A stretch of 64,000 nucleotides of DNA, from positions 32,001 to 96,000 of IMG/VR virus record IMGVR_UViG_3300037461_001096; one strand, given 5' to 3'. Below are positions 45,699-56,600 of this stretch, in pieces. Position numbers and translations under genes: made by a program. The notes beneath the pieces are model-generated. The model saw only the letters and a program-made list of their open reading frames with translations, did not search any database and was not told the DNA's origin. The stretch's first letter is position 1; each line of letters begins with the position of its first letter. Origin of the DNA: a virus.

Positions 45699-48600
45699 CT
45701 AGATAAATAGGTCTTGTGTTTGAAGAGTGGAAATGAAATTTGACGCTGACACAATGCTATCATTGTTTATATCGATGAGCATGGATTCAATAGCTCTCAT
45801 GCGTTTTGACATCCAAAAAATCTTGCCGATCATACGCTCGAATATGGGATTGTCTCTGTTTTTCAGATTACCCATGTAAAATTTCCCCTCCTTGCGGAGT
45901 TGATCATTTAGATAAGTCCAAGTAATGACATCAGCGCTTTTCTCACAGTTGTGGGAAAAGAAACCACCAGTCGAGTACTCATGATCGCCGGTCACTTCCA
46001 GGTCGAAAACTCGTCCGCTCCCAAATTTTTCAATGGAAGCAATTCGATGCGGTCTCATTTTGGTGGCCAGTGTCCGCAATTCTGAAACATCATTTCCGCC
46101 GACGTCATTTATGGTATTTAGTGTTTCCATGAAGGCATTGTGTGGAACATGATCATTGTCACTGTTCAAAACACGGTTGGTTTTCCTCGTGAACTGTCCT
46201 TGGTGCTTCGCACACACAGCACGTAGCGTTGATCCAACAGGCCATGATGTCGTGTTTTCAGCCTTGGTCAATGCTGAAAACTTATATACAAACTCCATCA
46301 GTTTTTCTTGTTTGCTTGGCTCAGTAAATCCAACTAACCTAGCAAACAACTCTCTCGAGTTGTGCGATCTGATTCTGAGACATGCTTCATCGGATTTTTT
46401 ACTATTTAAGGAGGCTCGTTTGTCATAAACGGTGGTTTCAATTCCAAGCTTGGCGAACAACAATTGCAGTTGCAACAGGGTGGGTTTCATTTCGTTTCTT
46501 AAACCAATATTCACAATTCCTTGTGAACTCACACACCCATAAGTATCCATGATGCCTTGAATGAAAGTAATTACCATCGACCTTGGCGCTTGCAGAATGA
46601 CCAAGGGAATGCCTGGTCGGCGGTTCACACTGCGCACAAACACCCCATCGCCTGCATGCGCACCCATCAGGTATGCAAGCTGTTCTGTAAGCTTGGACTG
46701 TGTAGAGAAAGAATGCTCGCCATGCTGGACTTCCAATGGCGGAAGGTCTGGTGATTCAATTGGGAATTGGTTGTTATCGAAATCTGTCAGAATCATGTCT
46801 CCCAGTTGCATATCACTTACCTGTGCCCAAACAATTTTGCCATTCACCAGAGACCTGAATCTGTGCGATCCTGTAACAACCGCTTCTTGACCTCTATTTG
46901 TTTTGAGTTTGAAAACTTCCCTAACTCCATTGTCGAAGCAATTCAAGACCTCTTTCCACCCTGTGGAACTCCACACTCGGTGGACCCCTGGCTTTATCCG
47001 CTCTATCGGCACAAGGCCAAGCTGCGTTTGCACAAGCGTTCCTTCAATGTTACATTCATTGGCGTAGCTTATGGCGGCCATATCATAACGACCGTCATTT
47101 TTGTCGGCCCTAAGTTTACCCTGCCGGTTCATTTGAAATAGAGCAAGGACTGGCACACCTCGACCTCTGGCAAAATTTAGAGCCATCAGACGTCCATCAC
47201 GCACAACAGCATTCTGGGTTGTCACAAAGTCTGATGTGCGATGGCGAGGTTTCACTAGCCCCAAGTGGTCAATAACCACTCCGTCGCAGCCCCATTTATT
47301 ATGAAACATTTCAGCTTTGCGTCGGATCTCTAATATTCCGGCTTCATCTGGAGGACGCCATACGAAAAGCTTTCCCTTGGACGTTGCTTTAAAATCTTGT
47401 GCTACCTTCTTTAAACGTTCTTTATCCCTTGGGGAGAGCTCACCATCCCGCACTCTCCTATAATCAAGGCCAGTATATCTACGTTCTGGAGGAATTCCAA
47501 TTCGTTCATCCTCCTTCCACCATTCTGTCACAAATTTTCCATGTGATGAATGGATAACATATAGCTGACGTCGAAGTTGCTTGTATGGCATTTCAAGAAT
47601 GGCATAAAAAATGTTTTTTCCATACACATATGCGTTATTATATGCATAGTTCAAAGCCAGGCTAGTGTTGTGAGTGATAATGTCGTCAACCACGAAAGAA
47701 TGATGTTCTGGCACAGACATATCATATGTCATTTGTCTGCCCTTAGAAGCTATCGTACGGATTCTTTCCCAGCAGATGTCATTGTCAGCAGCGTTGCATG
47801 ACTGCTGAGACACTGCAGGATGCATACCGGGCAAGGACGAGTGTGGGTTGTCATCCACAGAGTGTAGGCTGTTTGCTATTGAATCTGACTCATTTTGCTC
47901 GATTATATACGGTGTTAAAGTCAAAAACCTTCTTTTAGACTGTGTCTCAACTATTTTGACAATCCAAACTGGACAAGATTTCCCGTTATACTTAATCTTA
48001 TGACTTGTGATTGTCGATTTGATGCCTAAACGTAAAAGCAATGACTGTATGTCCACACATAGACCATGCGATGCAGAATAATATTTTAAACCATTACGTT
48101 TATTCAAACTGACACGAGACCATAGAGCTCTGAGTAACAATATCACCTGATGTTCTGGTAATCCAAAGAATTCATCTGGTACACGCCTAAGACATCCTCC
48201 AGTTATCTCCACTTCCATATCCGTAAATTGCTCATTTGGATCCGGGACTAACATACTGCATGGTACGGCCACCAAATCACCCGGAGACAATTTGCCCAGG
48301 TATTTCCACCCATCAGGCGTCCAGAAACCATGGTTATTTGTGACTGTTGTAGCACGCCCCGATTCCAGTTTCACTTCATACACGTGTCTCACGCCATTTT
48401 GTAATACATGAGACACACGCGCCTGAACAAGTTTTGGTTCAGCACCTTCCTTATATAATGCTGTAACGACAGGCATATCACCGGATTCAAACACCTCATC
48501 CATACGTCTACGCCGTTTAGCAGCATGATCGTAAATAATGGAAGATCCCGCTACGCATTTGAGCTCGCCTGCGAAAGCTGTGTGAATCCAGTATTCACCC

Positions 48601-49214
48601 TGACGGTGCCCCCGGCAAACCGCATCAACAGGTTCAAGACCGAATAGATTCCGACCCGCGTATTTGTCCGTCTTTTCTACAGTGTCGTATTCTTGAAGAA
48701 TTTCTTCGGCATCGTCTGTCACTACACCTTCAAGTTTTTCACCCCCTTCAACTCTGGTGAAATCATGAAGTTTATCATAGACAAACCCAACAGCGTCTGT
48801 TATACCTTTTAAGACCTTCTTTCCATTCACAGGTTTATCAAGATTTCGTCCATGTTCAGCAACAACCGAGGCGTCGCGCATGAGAAGCATGAAATTTTTT
48901 ACTTGTTGTTTATCCTCCTCGGCTCTGACAATGGCAAGATAATTTGTCCCAATAAATGGCTGGGCATTCTTAATCTCGTCAAGCCGTGTCACGGCTTCTA
49001 TGTTATCTTCTTTTTCGAAGAATTCACGGACGATCCCGAAATCTGGCGGGGCCGCCATTTGCCCATAAAATTTTCGAATATACTCCCAAATCGCTTTATC
49101 CTCAACAGAGGAAAAATCAATAACATGTTCTTGAAGTTTGTTCCAATTCTTCAAACAGTCTTCAGCATCTGGAACAGTTCCGACTTGCATTAAGCTTCTC
49201 AGTATTCGATCCAA
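45699..49214 (-). CDS. DnaB-like replicative helicase containing two inteins (~505 aa after splicing)
   Basis: Walker A AFAGELK/T, AILEM, VVIDHLGL, LFQMNR, E/CEKSAD, KNR. Confidence 0.85.
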   Translation of the reverse strand: MDRILRSLMQVGTVPDAEDCLKNWNKLQEHVIDFSSVEDKAIWEYIRKFYGQMAAPPDFGIVREFFEKEDNIEAVTRLDEIKNAQPFIGTNYLAIVRAEEDKQQVKNFMLLMRDASVVAEHGRNLDKPVNGKKVLKGITDAVGFVYDKLHDFTRVEGGEKLEGVVTDDAEEILQEYDTVEKTDKYAGRNLFGLEPVDAVCRGHRQGEYWIHTAFAGELKCVAGSSIIYDHAAKRRRRMDEVFESGDMPVVTALYKEGAEPKLVQARVSHVLQNGVRHVYEVKLESGRATTVTNNHGFWTPDGWKYLGKLSPGDLVAVPCSMLVPDPNEQFTDMEVEITGGCLRRVPDEFFGLPEHQVILLLRALWSRVSLNKRNGLKYYSASHGLCVDIQSLLLRLGIKSTITSHKIKYNGKSCPVWIVKIVETQSKRRFLTLTPYIIEQNESDSIANSLHSVDDNPHSSLPGMHPAVSQQSCNAADNDICWERIRTIASKGRQMTYDMSVPEHHSFVVDDIITHNTSLALNYAYNNAYVYGKNIFYAILEMPYKQLRRQLYVIHSSHGKFVTEWWKEDERIGIPPERRYTGLDYRRVRDGELSPRDKERLKKVAQDFKATSKGKLFVWRPPDEAGILEIRRKAEMFHNKWGCDGVVIDHLGLVKPRHRTSDFVTTQNAVVRDGRLMALNFARGRGVPVLALFQMNRQGKLRADKNDGRYDMAAISYANECNIEGTLVQTQLGLVPIERIKPGVHRVWSSTGWKEVLNCFDNGVREVFKLKTNRGQEAVVTGSHRFRSLVNGKIVWAQVSDMQLGDMILTDFDNNQFPIESPDLPPLEVQHGEHSFSTQSKLTEQLAYLMGAHAGDGVFVRSVNRRPGIPLVILQAPRSMVITFIQGIMDTYGCVSSQGIVNIGLRNEMKPTLLQLQLLFAKLGIETTVYDKRASLNSKKSDEACLRIRSHNSRELFARLVGFTEPSKQEKLMEFVYKFSALTKAENTTSWPVGSTLRAVCAKHQGQFTRKTNRVLNSDNDHVPHNAFMETLNTINDVGGNDVSELRTLATKMRPHRIASIEKFGSGRVFDLEVTGDHEYSTGGFFSHNCEKSADVITWTYLNDQLRKEGKFYMGNLKNRDNPIFERMIGKIFWMSKRMRAIESMLIDINNDSIVSASNFISTLQTQDLFI
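45948..47054 (-). mobile_element. Intein 2 (369 aa) with a partly degenerate LAGLIDADG domain
   Basis: ANE/CNIEGTLV...TGSHRF...VFDLEV...FSHN/C; blocks LMGAHAGDG and FIQGIMDTYG. Confidence 0.9.
47667..48557 (-). mobile_element. Intein 1 (297 aa) in the P-loop, degenerate LAGLIDADG domain
   Basis: ELK/CVAGSS...TNNHGF...TYDMSVPEHHSF...THN/T. Confidence 0.9.
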
Positions 49215-49222
49215 ATTATCCC

Positions 49223-50026
49223 CTATTCTCTACCGAAATTTTTCTTTTTATTTATGCCTGACCCGTATATTGATAAGTTGAAATTATCGTCATTATCAAC
49301 GGTAGGTAGATCTTTTGGTTTAGGTTTTATCCGCTTTTTTGTGGAATCAGGTGTGGTAATAGGGCTTTCCGGTTCTGACTGACTAGACCCAACGGGGGCG
49401 AGGTCAAATAAACCAGTTGTTTGACCTCGTGGTAAAATTGGGGATATCCGAATTTTTGGGAAAATTTCGATTAGGTCCCACAGGGATTCTGAATAAGCTG
49501 GACTGTTAGATATGAAAGGTCTGTCCATATCAGACACAAGCCAAGTCGGTTTGTCCTGATCTGAACGAATAACCAGTGCTTCTTCAAGTGCGCCAGCGGC
49601 TGCCTTATTTGGCCTAGTTATAGCATTTAGACGAATTACAGCCAACCCGGGGGGCCCTATGAAGTCCCCAACATTCTCAAAAGAGACTTCGTTTTCACTC
49701 CTACTCTTTTTGGACATATTCCCAACATAAGCATGCAGAATTTCATTATCAGAAGTCACACGCACAAACAGATTCACATGACGAAGCATAACGGCCTTCA
49801 CAATTGCCTTCATATCCGCCCACATGGCCAGTATAAACAAAGACTTGCAAGTCTGGTCATGAAGCTTCGGTGTCAAATGCTCAGGACGAAGCTCGGCAAT
49901 TCTTATATAGGGAGGCATAGATGCAGCCCGACGCCGCAAAAGAGCACAAATACATTCATATAGCTTGCCGTCTTTTTCCAGAATCCCAGATCCATTGCAT
50001 TTGCACCCTTCCATATTAAATTTCAA
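49223..50026 (-). CDS. Putative helicase loader (DnaC/IstB-like, degenerate ATPase)
   Basis: N-terminal CKCNGSG...ECIC; LEEALVIRSDQDKPTWLVS echoes the R....PT..T motif; directly upstream of the helicase. Confidence 0.45.
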   Translation of the reverse strand: MKFNMEGCKCNGSGILEKDGKLYECICALLRRRAASMPPYIRIAELRPEHLTPKLHDQTCKSLFILAMWADMKAIVKAVMLRHVNLFVRVTSDNEILHAYVGNMSKKSRSENEVSFENVGDFIGPPGLAVIRLNAITRPNKAAAGALEEALVIRSDQDKPTWLVSDMDRPFISNSPAYSESLWDLIEIFPKIRISPILPRGQTTGLFDLAPVGSSQSEPESPITTPDSTKKRIKPKPKDLPTVDNDDNFNLSIYGSGINKKKNFGRE

Positions 50027-52121
50027 TCTCTGACAAATCTACAGTTGCGGCTTTCGCTTCGAATGGGTCTTCCTGGGGCTCGGAAGGGGCTTTCCCGATG
50101 CTTTTTACCTTCGAAGCTGGTTTAGCCTTCGCTGAAAAATTTGGAAGCTTCGAGGGGTTTTTTTGACCTTCCTTTATCATAGATACTAACTCCATGGCGT
50201 CATCTTCGGGTACAAATTCAAGCCCTCCTTTTAGCCCCTCCCCGGCTACTTTGTCAGCTAATGCCTTCTTAGATTTGAGCTTCTTAATAACATAGTGATC
50301 TATGGTCTTACGGCCGTCTTTTCTCACCCCAACCAAATGTGTAGCAACTGTCATTGAGTGTTTACTTCCAATGCGGATCATACGACCAATGAGCTGCAAA
50401 TAAGTCCCCCATGACCATGGAGAATCCAATAGAACAAAATGCTCAGCTGCTTGTAGATTAATAGACTCCGATCCGGCTTCCGTAATTAGAATAACATCTA
50501 CTTCAGACTTTGGATCTTGAAAAATCTTCTTAGCCTTCTCTCGATCTGAGGATTGCTTTTCTTTTCCAGTAATCCTGACACACCGGATGCTTCTATCCTT
50601 CAAAGCCTGCTCAGTCAGAGAGATCATGCGCTCAAAACGGGAGAACACAATCACCTTTGCTCCATCGAGCTCATTTTCTAGCATCTCAAGCAGTGTTTGT
50701 ATCTTGGGTGACTTTCCTTCCCACGGTTTCCCGTCACTATCATTCAAAAGGTTTGGCGCATCCACTGCCTCCTGGACAAAAGTCATGGCGCCTAAGACAG
50801 CTGCTGGGGACTCGTCTGGATCAGCGTCTTTGGCAAGCAAACCGGCTTCAGTCAAATCATATAACTCTTCCTGCAAATCTGTCAATTCACATTGAAGTTC
50901 TCGAGTAACTAAACGTGGGAGTTCAGTGGCTACGTCGTATTTTCGTCGCGAAAGATAAAACGGCTCTATATTTCGTACGAATTTATCAAGATTCTTATAT
51001 CCAACTACAATCGGAACAGAACGGCCGCCCCCGATACGTTGAAGCTTAGTAATACAAAATTCATTTTGAAACCATGTAACTCTCGGAAATAACCCGGGAA
51101 CGACTATACGAAAAATGGAGAAGAACTCCATAAGACGATTCTTCACTGGAGTTGCCGTTAGGCCATACACGCGTTCACAACATTTAGCAAGGTCTGCCGC
51201 AGCAGTATGTATTTTGCCCCTGTGGTTCTTAACCACGTGAGCCTCGTCCATAACGAGCATGAGCTTGGCTTCTGGATGCTGAGCTTGAAAAGCGCGAATA
51301 TGACCAATAATACCCATAGAGATAACTGTGGGGTGTACAAGTTCTTCAAGTCTAGCAGCCTCTTTTTTCCAGATGGCTTCTGTACTAAGCAGCTTTGTCA
51401 TGCGCTCAACTTGTTGTTCATCTTTATCATTCCATCCATTAGGACAGGTTGGTCTTGATTTTATACCTATTGCAGTGGATGTTTTTGCATAGTCCCAAAT
51501 CTCAAAGGGTCTGGTATTGAACCAAGATTCAAAATCTGTATATGCTCCTGAGATTGCTGTCTTTGCTTCCTTCAAAATTTTGCGCAGCCTGGAAAGCTCT
51601 TTTTTATCTGCTACAGACGCCTTGTGATCAGATTTTCGAATCACAGATTCCTGCGCATCTTTTAGCAAGGCGTCGTATGTCATAATTAGGAGATGTTTTG
51701 CTGACCCATAACTTTCAAAAAATTTCGTATAAGTTTCATCTCGTTCATATGGCCCACCGTCTACCGTAACAGCCTCCATATCTTGAAGGAATTTTTTAGT
51801 CTCTGCTTCCCACTGATATAAAGAAGATTTCTTTGTTATAACAATTGGTACGTACTCGGGCTCTTTTAGCCACACATAACCTATTGCACCCAAAACTTCT
51901 AGCGTTTTACCCAGTCCAGTGTCGTCTGAGACTACCATGCGTGGCGACATCAGCAGGTTCATGATGCCGATTTTTTGATAATTTCTAACATTGACCGGAA
52001 TTTCGACACCGTCATCGTCTATGTACTTGCTCTTCAAGAACGGGGAAGGCTTTAGGTTGATGTCCTTCATACTGCGTAATTTACGCAGTTCTTCCAGCAT
52101 TTTAACTTCATTTGGCGTCAT
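50016..52121 (-). CDS. SNF2-family helicase
   Basis: VRNYQ, DDTGLGKT, MDEAH, LTATPVKN, ESINLQ, QLIGRMIRIG. Confidence 0.9.
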   Translation of the reverse strand: MTPNEVKMLEELRKLRSMKDINLKPSPFLKSKYIDDDGVEIPVNVRNYQKIGIMNLLMSPRMVVSDDTGLGKTLEVLGAIGYVWLKEPEYVPIVITKKSSLYQWEAETKKFLQDMEAVTVDGGPYERDETYTKFFESYGSAKHLLIMTYDALLKDAQESVIRKSDHKASVADKKELSRLRKILKEAKTAISGAYTDFESWFNTRPFEIWDYAKTSTAIGIKSRPTCPNGWNDKDEQQVERMTKLLSTEAIWKKEAARLEELVHPTVISMGIIGHIRAFQAQHPEAKLMLVMDEAHVVKNHRGKIHTAAADLAKCCERVYGLTATPVKNRLMEFFSIFRIVVPGLFPRVTWFQNEFCITKLQRIGGGRSVPIVVGYKNLDKFVRNIEPFYLSRRKYDVATELPRLVTRELQCELTDLQEELYDLTEAGLLAKDADPDESPAAVLGAMTFVQEAVDAPNLLNDSDGKPWEGKSPKIQTLLEMLENELDGAKVIVFSRFERMISLTEQALKDRSIRCVRITGKEKQSSDREKAKKIFQDPKSEVDVILITEAGSESINLQAAEHFVLLDSPWSWGTYLQLIGRMIRIGSKHSMTVATHLVGVRKDGRKTIDHYVIKKLKSKKALADKVAGEGLKGGLEFVPEDDAMELVSMIKEGQKNPSKLPNFSAKAKPASKVKSIGKAPSEPQEDPFEAKAATVDLSEIEI

Positions 52122-52219
52122 ATTAGTCTTTGGTTGTATTTTATGAACGCAAAACCAAACATAAGGTCAAGCATCAAATGATAATTAAACATGAGGCATA
52201 GACAGCCCCTGGGGAACAT

Positions 52220-52441
52220 TCACATCATACGCTGTTCATTTATCAATTCATTACACAAAAGACATAGGTCACAATCAATATCACACCACGCTGTGGCCCC
52301 ACATTTCGGGCAGGTTATTATATATCTGGCCACAAACGCTGCAATCTCATGTGCCGTTATGTCTGCGATGAGCTGCGCATCTGGTGCATTGGATAAAGCG
52401 TGTTTCAATATTTTTATTGCAGTTTTCTCTGGGTCATTCAT
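52220..52441 (-). CDS. Small zinc-finger protein
   Basis: CPKC...CDLCLLC. Confidence 0.45.
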   Translation of the reverse strand: MNDPEKTAIKILKHALSNAPDAQLIADITAHEIAAFVARYIITCPKCGATAWCDIDCDLCLLCNELINEQRMM

Positions 52442-52541
52442 GGATCTATCCCTTGTTACACTAGGCTTTGCTTATTCCCGTGCAGTATCGTAACAGACCT
52501 GACCGTTTTATGCCAGGATCCCGTGTTGAACGTATTAATGC

Positions 52542-53168
52542 TCAGTTAAAGCTAAAATAAGCTGCGAAGCTTACACTTGATTTAAATCCATCATATAGCA
52601 TGGAGTACCCGGTATATAAACCAAAATTTTTTGTTAAGTCCAAACCGGGACCAGCACCAACACTTCGAATTCCTGTGAATGCGGACAGGTTTAAGGTTCC
52701 TAAATGGAAGAAATCCCATGATAGACCGGCGTCTAAAGGATAAACAACACCATCATCCCCTTTAATTTTTTGAATTAGCTCTGGGGCAAGAACCCCAGCC
52801 TGTGCCCGAATCCGAAGTCTAAACATAGGTTCGGGAGGCTCTGGTCTGTACCAAACATGAGGATTCAGTGTAACCCTCATATCTCTGTCTATATGCTTAC
52901 CTATTCTGATTTTTGCTCGCAACGGTGAATTGACGCCACCGTTCACATACACACGTCCGTTCCAATCTCTTGTTACAATGAGGGAGTCTTGAAATTCAAT
53001 TACGGCAGGAGACTTATGGATGTCGTCAAGCTCGTCAACCATTTTCCTTAATATATCAACCTGCTCTTTAGTGAGACATTTTCCACTACATGGCTCTGGA
53101 TTTTGTGCAAATGCATCAATTGATAAGGTCATCAGCACTGTGAGAATGATGTAGAAGATGGATTTCAT
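52542..53168 (-). CDS. Secreted protein with an amphipathic beta-strand C-terminus (outer-membrane-like)
   Basis: Signal peptide ending AFA-Q; ends VSFAAYFSFN. Confidence 0.55.
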   Translation of the reverse strand: MKSIFYIILTVLMTLSIDAFAQNPEPCSGKCLTKEQVDILRKMVDELDDIHKSPAVIEFQDSLIVTRDWNGRVYVNGGVNSPLRAKIRIGKHIDRDMRVTLNPHVWYRPEPPEPMFRLRIRAQAGVLAPELIQKIKGDDGVVYPLDAGLSWDFFHLGTLNLSAFTGIRSVGAGPGLDLTKNFGLYTGYSMLYDGFKSSVSFAAYFSFN

Positions 53169-53647
53169 TGCAAAATGTCCTTTACTTTATCAATATTTAC
53201 ACCACTATCGTTGTTTTTTAATTGATATACGTCCGGTGTTACTTCGATAACCTCAGATATATCGGTATTTTTAATCCCAGTTGGTAAAGGTAAAATTACT
53301 TCCGTTTTATCCGGCTTAATAACTGTTATTGTATCAGGGTTGCTGAAGATACCAGGCTTTTTGATTTCAGTGCTCACTGGAGATTGTATGTATCCCCTGT
53401 CATCAGACTGTCCAGGTTGGATTGGGTCTCCTTTATCATTGACCCGTCCAGGTGGTGGAATAACTCTCACGCCCGGAGACGGTTTCTTACCAAATAATTT
53501 GTCTAGTAAGCCTCCAATTTGAACGTCATGGCCGAGAAATTTCATTGCCACTGCAGCAATGATTATAAAAACCGCCGCAGCTGTGGCAAGCGGATATTTC
53601 ACCATAAGTTCATACAGACGTTTAAAAAAATTTTTTAGGTATTTCAT
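53165..53647 (-). CDS. Membrane-anchored protein
   Basis: N-terminal TM LATAAAVFIIIAAVAM; Pro-rich soluble region; coupled to the downstream gene. Confidence 0.55.
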   Translation of the reverse strand: MKYLKNFFKRLYELMVKYPLATAAAVFIIIAAVAMKFLGHDVQIGGLLDKLFGKKPSPGVRVIPPPGRVNDKGDPIQPGQSDDRGYIQSPVSTEIKKPGIFSNPDTITVIKPDKTEVILPLPTGIKNTDISEVIEVTPDVYQLKNNDSGVNIDKVKDILQ

Positions 53648-53657
53648 CTTAACAACC

Positions 53658-56600
53658 TCATAATGCTGTTGATGGGGTCTTCAGACATGCCTGATTTCTG
53701 ACCATCAGATCCTCGTCTACATATTTATATGTTGCTGGAGTTGCATTAAGACCTGTTTCAGCTCCATAAAGCATTCCTAAATAAGATCCAGAACCAGGAA
53801 TGGGGCCCGGTGTTGTTGGATGTTCTGGGGTACCAGTCCCATCAGTAAGTGATATACCGATATACCCAAAATCATCAAGAATACTCCAAAAAGAACAGCA
53901 GTTTCTGTCAAGAAATACAGCAGGAATTAAATTTTCATATCCAGTTCCTGTCCCTGCTGGGAAAATGTGAATCTGCCTTTTTCCATTTGACGGAGACGTA
54001 TCCGCAGAGAAATTTTTCTTCAAAAGATTATCGACAATGTTTACTGAACAGAAATGATTTGCAGACTTATAATAATAAATAATCCCTGGTTTAGTACAAT
54101 ATCCTATATTATTTGCTGATATAAGGCCGCTTCTCTTAAGGTAAACGGTGGTAAGGTGGATACCACCGTATTTACAGTATTCAATATTATTTCTGGATAT
54201 CTCGAACCCACCGGCACCGTCTGTTTCTTCTAGAAGATCAACTTCTATTCCATTGTTAGTGTACTGTATGGTACAATCTGTAATTTTGAAATTGGTGTTA
54301 TACCACGGGGCGTCCCAATTTCCGTCAACATAACACATAAATCCAGACCCGTCGTCTGCTGTAGACCCATCATTGAGTTTGAAGTCAATAATTGATGAGT
54401 TTTTGACGTGAATGTCACTAGCATTAAGCCTAACATGACCAATAGAAGACCACCCAGAACCGGATTTAATCGCATTGCGTCCCTGTAATATCATATGATC
54501 AATAACCCCGCTCGGTTTATATGTAAGACCGTTCCCAGTCATTGATTCCTGCCCAAGATTAAAAATGTGCCATCTATACCTTGGTAGATATCTGGATGAC
54601 CCAGCATGCCCAGAATAATCATGACAGTTAACATTTCTTACGTCAAGTATATGACAGTATAATAAATATACGTCTCCTTCGCATATAGGGTTTCCGCCGC
54701 TATAACTTGCGCTCAGTTGCAACAGTCCAGTCATTTCAAGTCCATCGATCTTGATATCATCAGCCATGACGGCCATACTACCCCATGGTTTGATGCCCAC
54801 CCAGCTCCCATTAGGGGTACCACTAACACCGCCCTCATATAAACCGGCGTGCATAGCCCATGCTACATCATAAGTTGGAGTTCCGTGAACTGACAACCCG
54901 GATGGGCCTGTAAGGTCATACTTACAGTTTTTAACTGTAACGCTCCTAGCACCATAAGCAATGGTGAAGGCATTTGTGTGTCCAACAGTGGTAGGCGGTT
55001 GATGTGTGAATGTTGTATTTTCAAAAGTAAGTGAGTCTATGTACATGTATGCGCCAGTTGTATCAGCGTTAGTTCCGTTTGCAGTTGGAAGAAGATGAAG
55101 CAAAACATTCATCCCACCTGCTGGTGTGTGGCATGCCACCGAGCAATCAGAATATGATACTTTGTCAATAATTAGTCCATTCCCAGCCCGAACATCGTTT
55201 CCATTAGGATCTAAGTCCAAAATGCCAGTATTTGCATTCAAATTATTTCCGGACATTGTTGCAGTTCCTAATTGGAACAGACATCTATTGAATAAAACCC
55301 CAGCCATATGATAAACGCCACTGATGCCTGACACTGCTTTAATGAAAAAAGTTTGGATGCCAGTATTAGAGAAAAATCCACAATCTTCAAATACCAATGG
55401 TACGGCAGCGTTTGCCACATCAAGAATTGATACAGTAGGACCTATAACGTTAACATTGTTGAGTTGGCATCTTTTTATGAGTACTTGAACATTATCAGAA
55501 TTTGAAAATGTCGCTGGTGCACGAATACACAGTTGTTCTATGGTGCAGTTGTCCGCATGTAATAGGGCACCTGACGTTGTTTCAACACCGTAAAACCCAC
55601 TATTTGCTGTGATGCTAAGGTTCTCAAGTCTGAGACGACCGCCGTTACCATCTCTAGTGAAGGTTATGGTGTTACCAGTTGATGGTTTTTGAATGGTGCA
55701 AACGGCCCCGGTCACCTGTCGACCGGTTCCTATAACAGTCAAATCCATACCTGAAACCGAGATGGTGCTGGTTGCTGTGTACGTCCCAGGCTTTACATAT
55801 ATGACAGCGCCTTTTACGCTTTTTAATACGAGAAATGCTATGGCATCCTGTACCGCTGTCGTGCCGTTGAAATCCCCAAATGTAGTAGACCCATTACCAC
55901 AAGTCACATAGGCTCTGGCGTTTAAACTGCGGAGGATTGAATACTCCCCATCTATTTCAAAGGCATCTTTATCTGCCACACGAGGGATGAAGTCACCATT
56001 CAATGCTGTAGCTGAGGTGAGTTGGAGACGCTCACCAGAACCGCTACCTATAATGTTTTCATCTGAAAACATCATAGTACCAGCACTAGACAGCCAACCG
56101 TTATTTGCTATCTGAAATGTTGGCCCGTTGTCTGAGTTATCGGATGACACTGAAATCAAATCACTAAAGTCAGACCAAGGCGTGTTGTCTATATTAGACT
56201 GAAAACCAAGTCTAAGGCTTCCATCCTCCCCATGGGAAATTAACGTTGCCGCCTTACCTGAAATATCTTTGTTCCATTTTGAAGTGGACGAATTCCACCA
56301 AGCATTCCATGTCGAAACATATTTTCCAACAGCAGTTGACGAGTCAGCATAGTTTCGAAGGGAATACGTGTTCTTTGTAGAAGACGGTGGATCTGTAATT
56401 GGGATTCCGTCTGATTTAAATAGCAAAGTTTTAACAGATGTGGCACCCTGTATATACGGAATGTTTAATCTAGACGAGGACGGGTTCTCAATTCCACTGC
56501 CGATATTCATCACTCCAGTGGATAAATGCGGCAAGAAACTTGGAAATACGGTTGGTGTGATGAGGCCGTGTTTATCTAATAGCACTGGTTTATTGGAATT

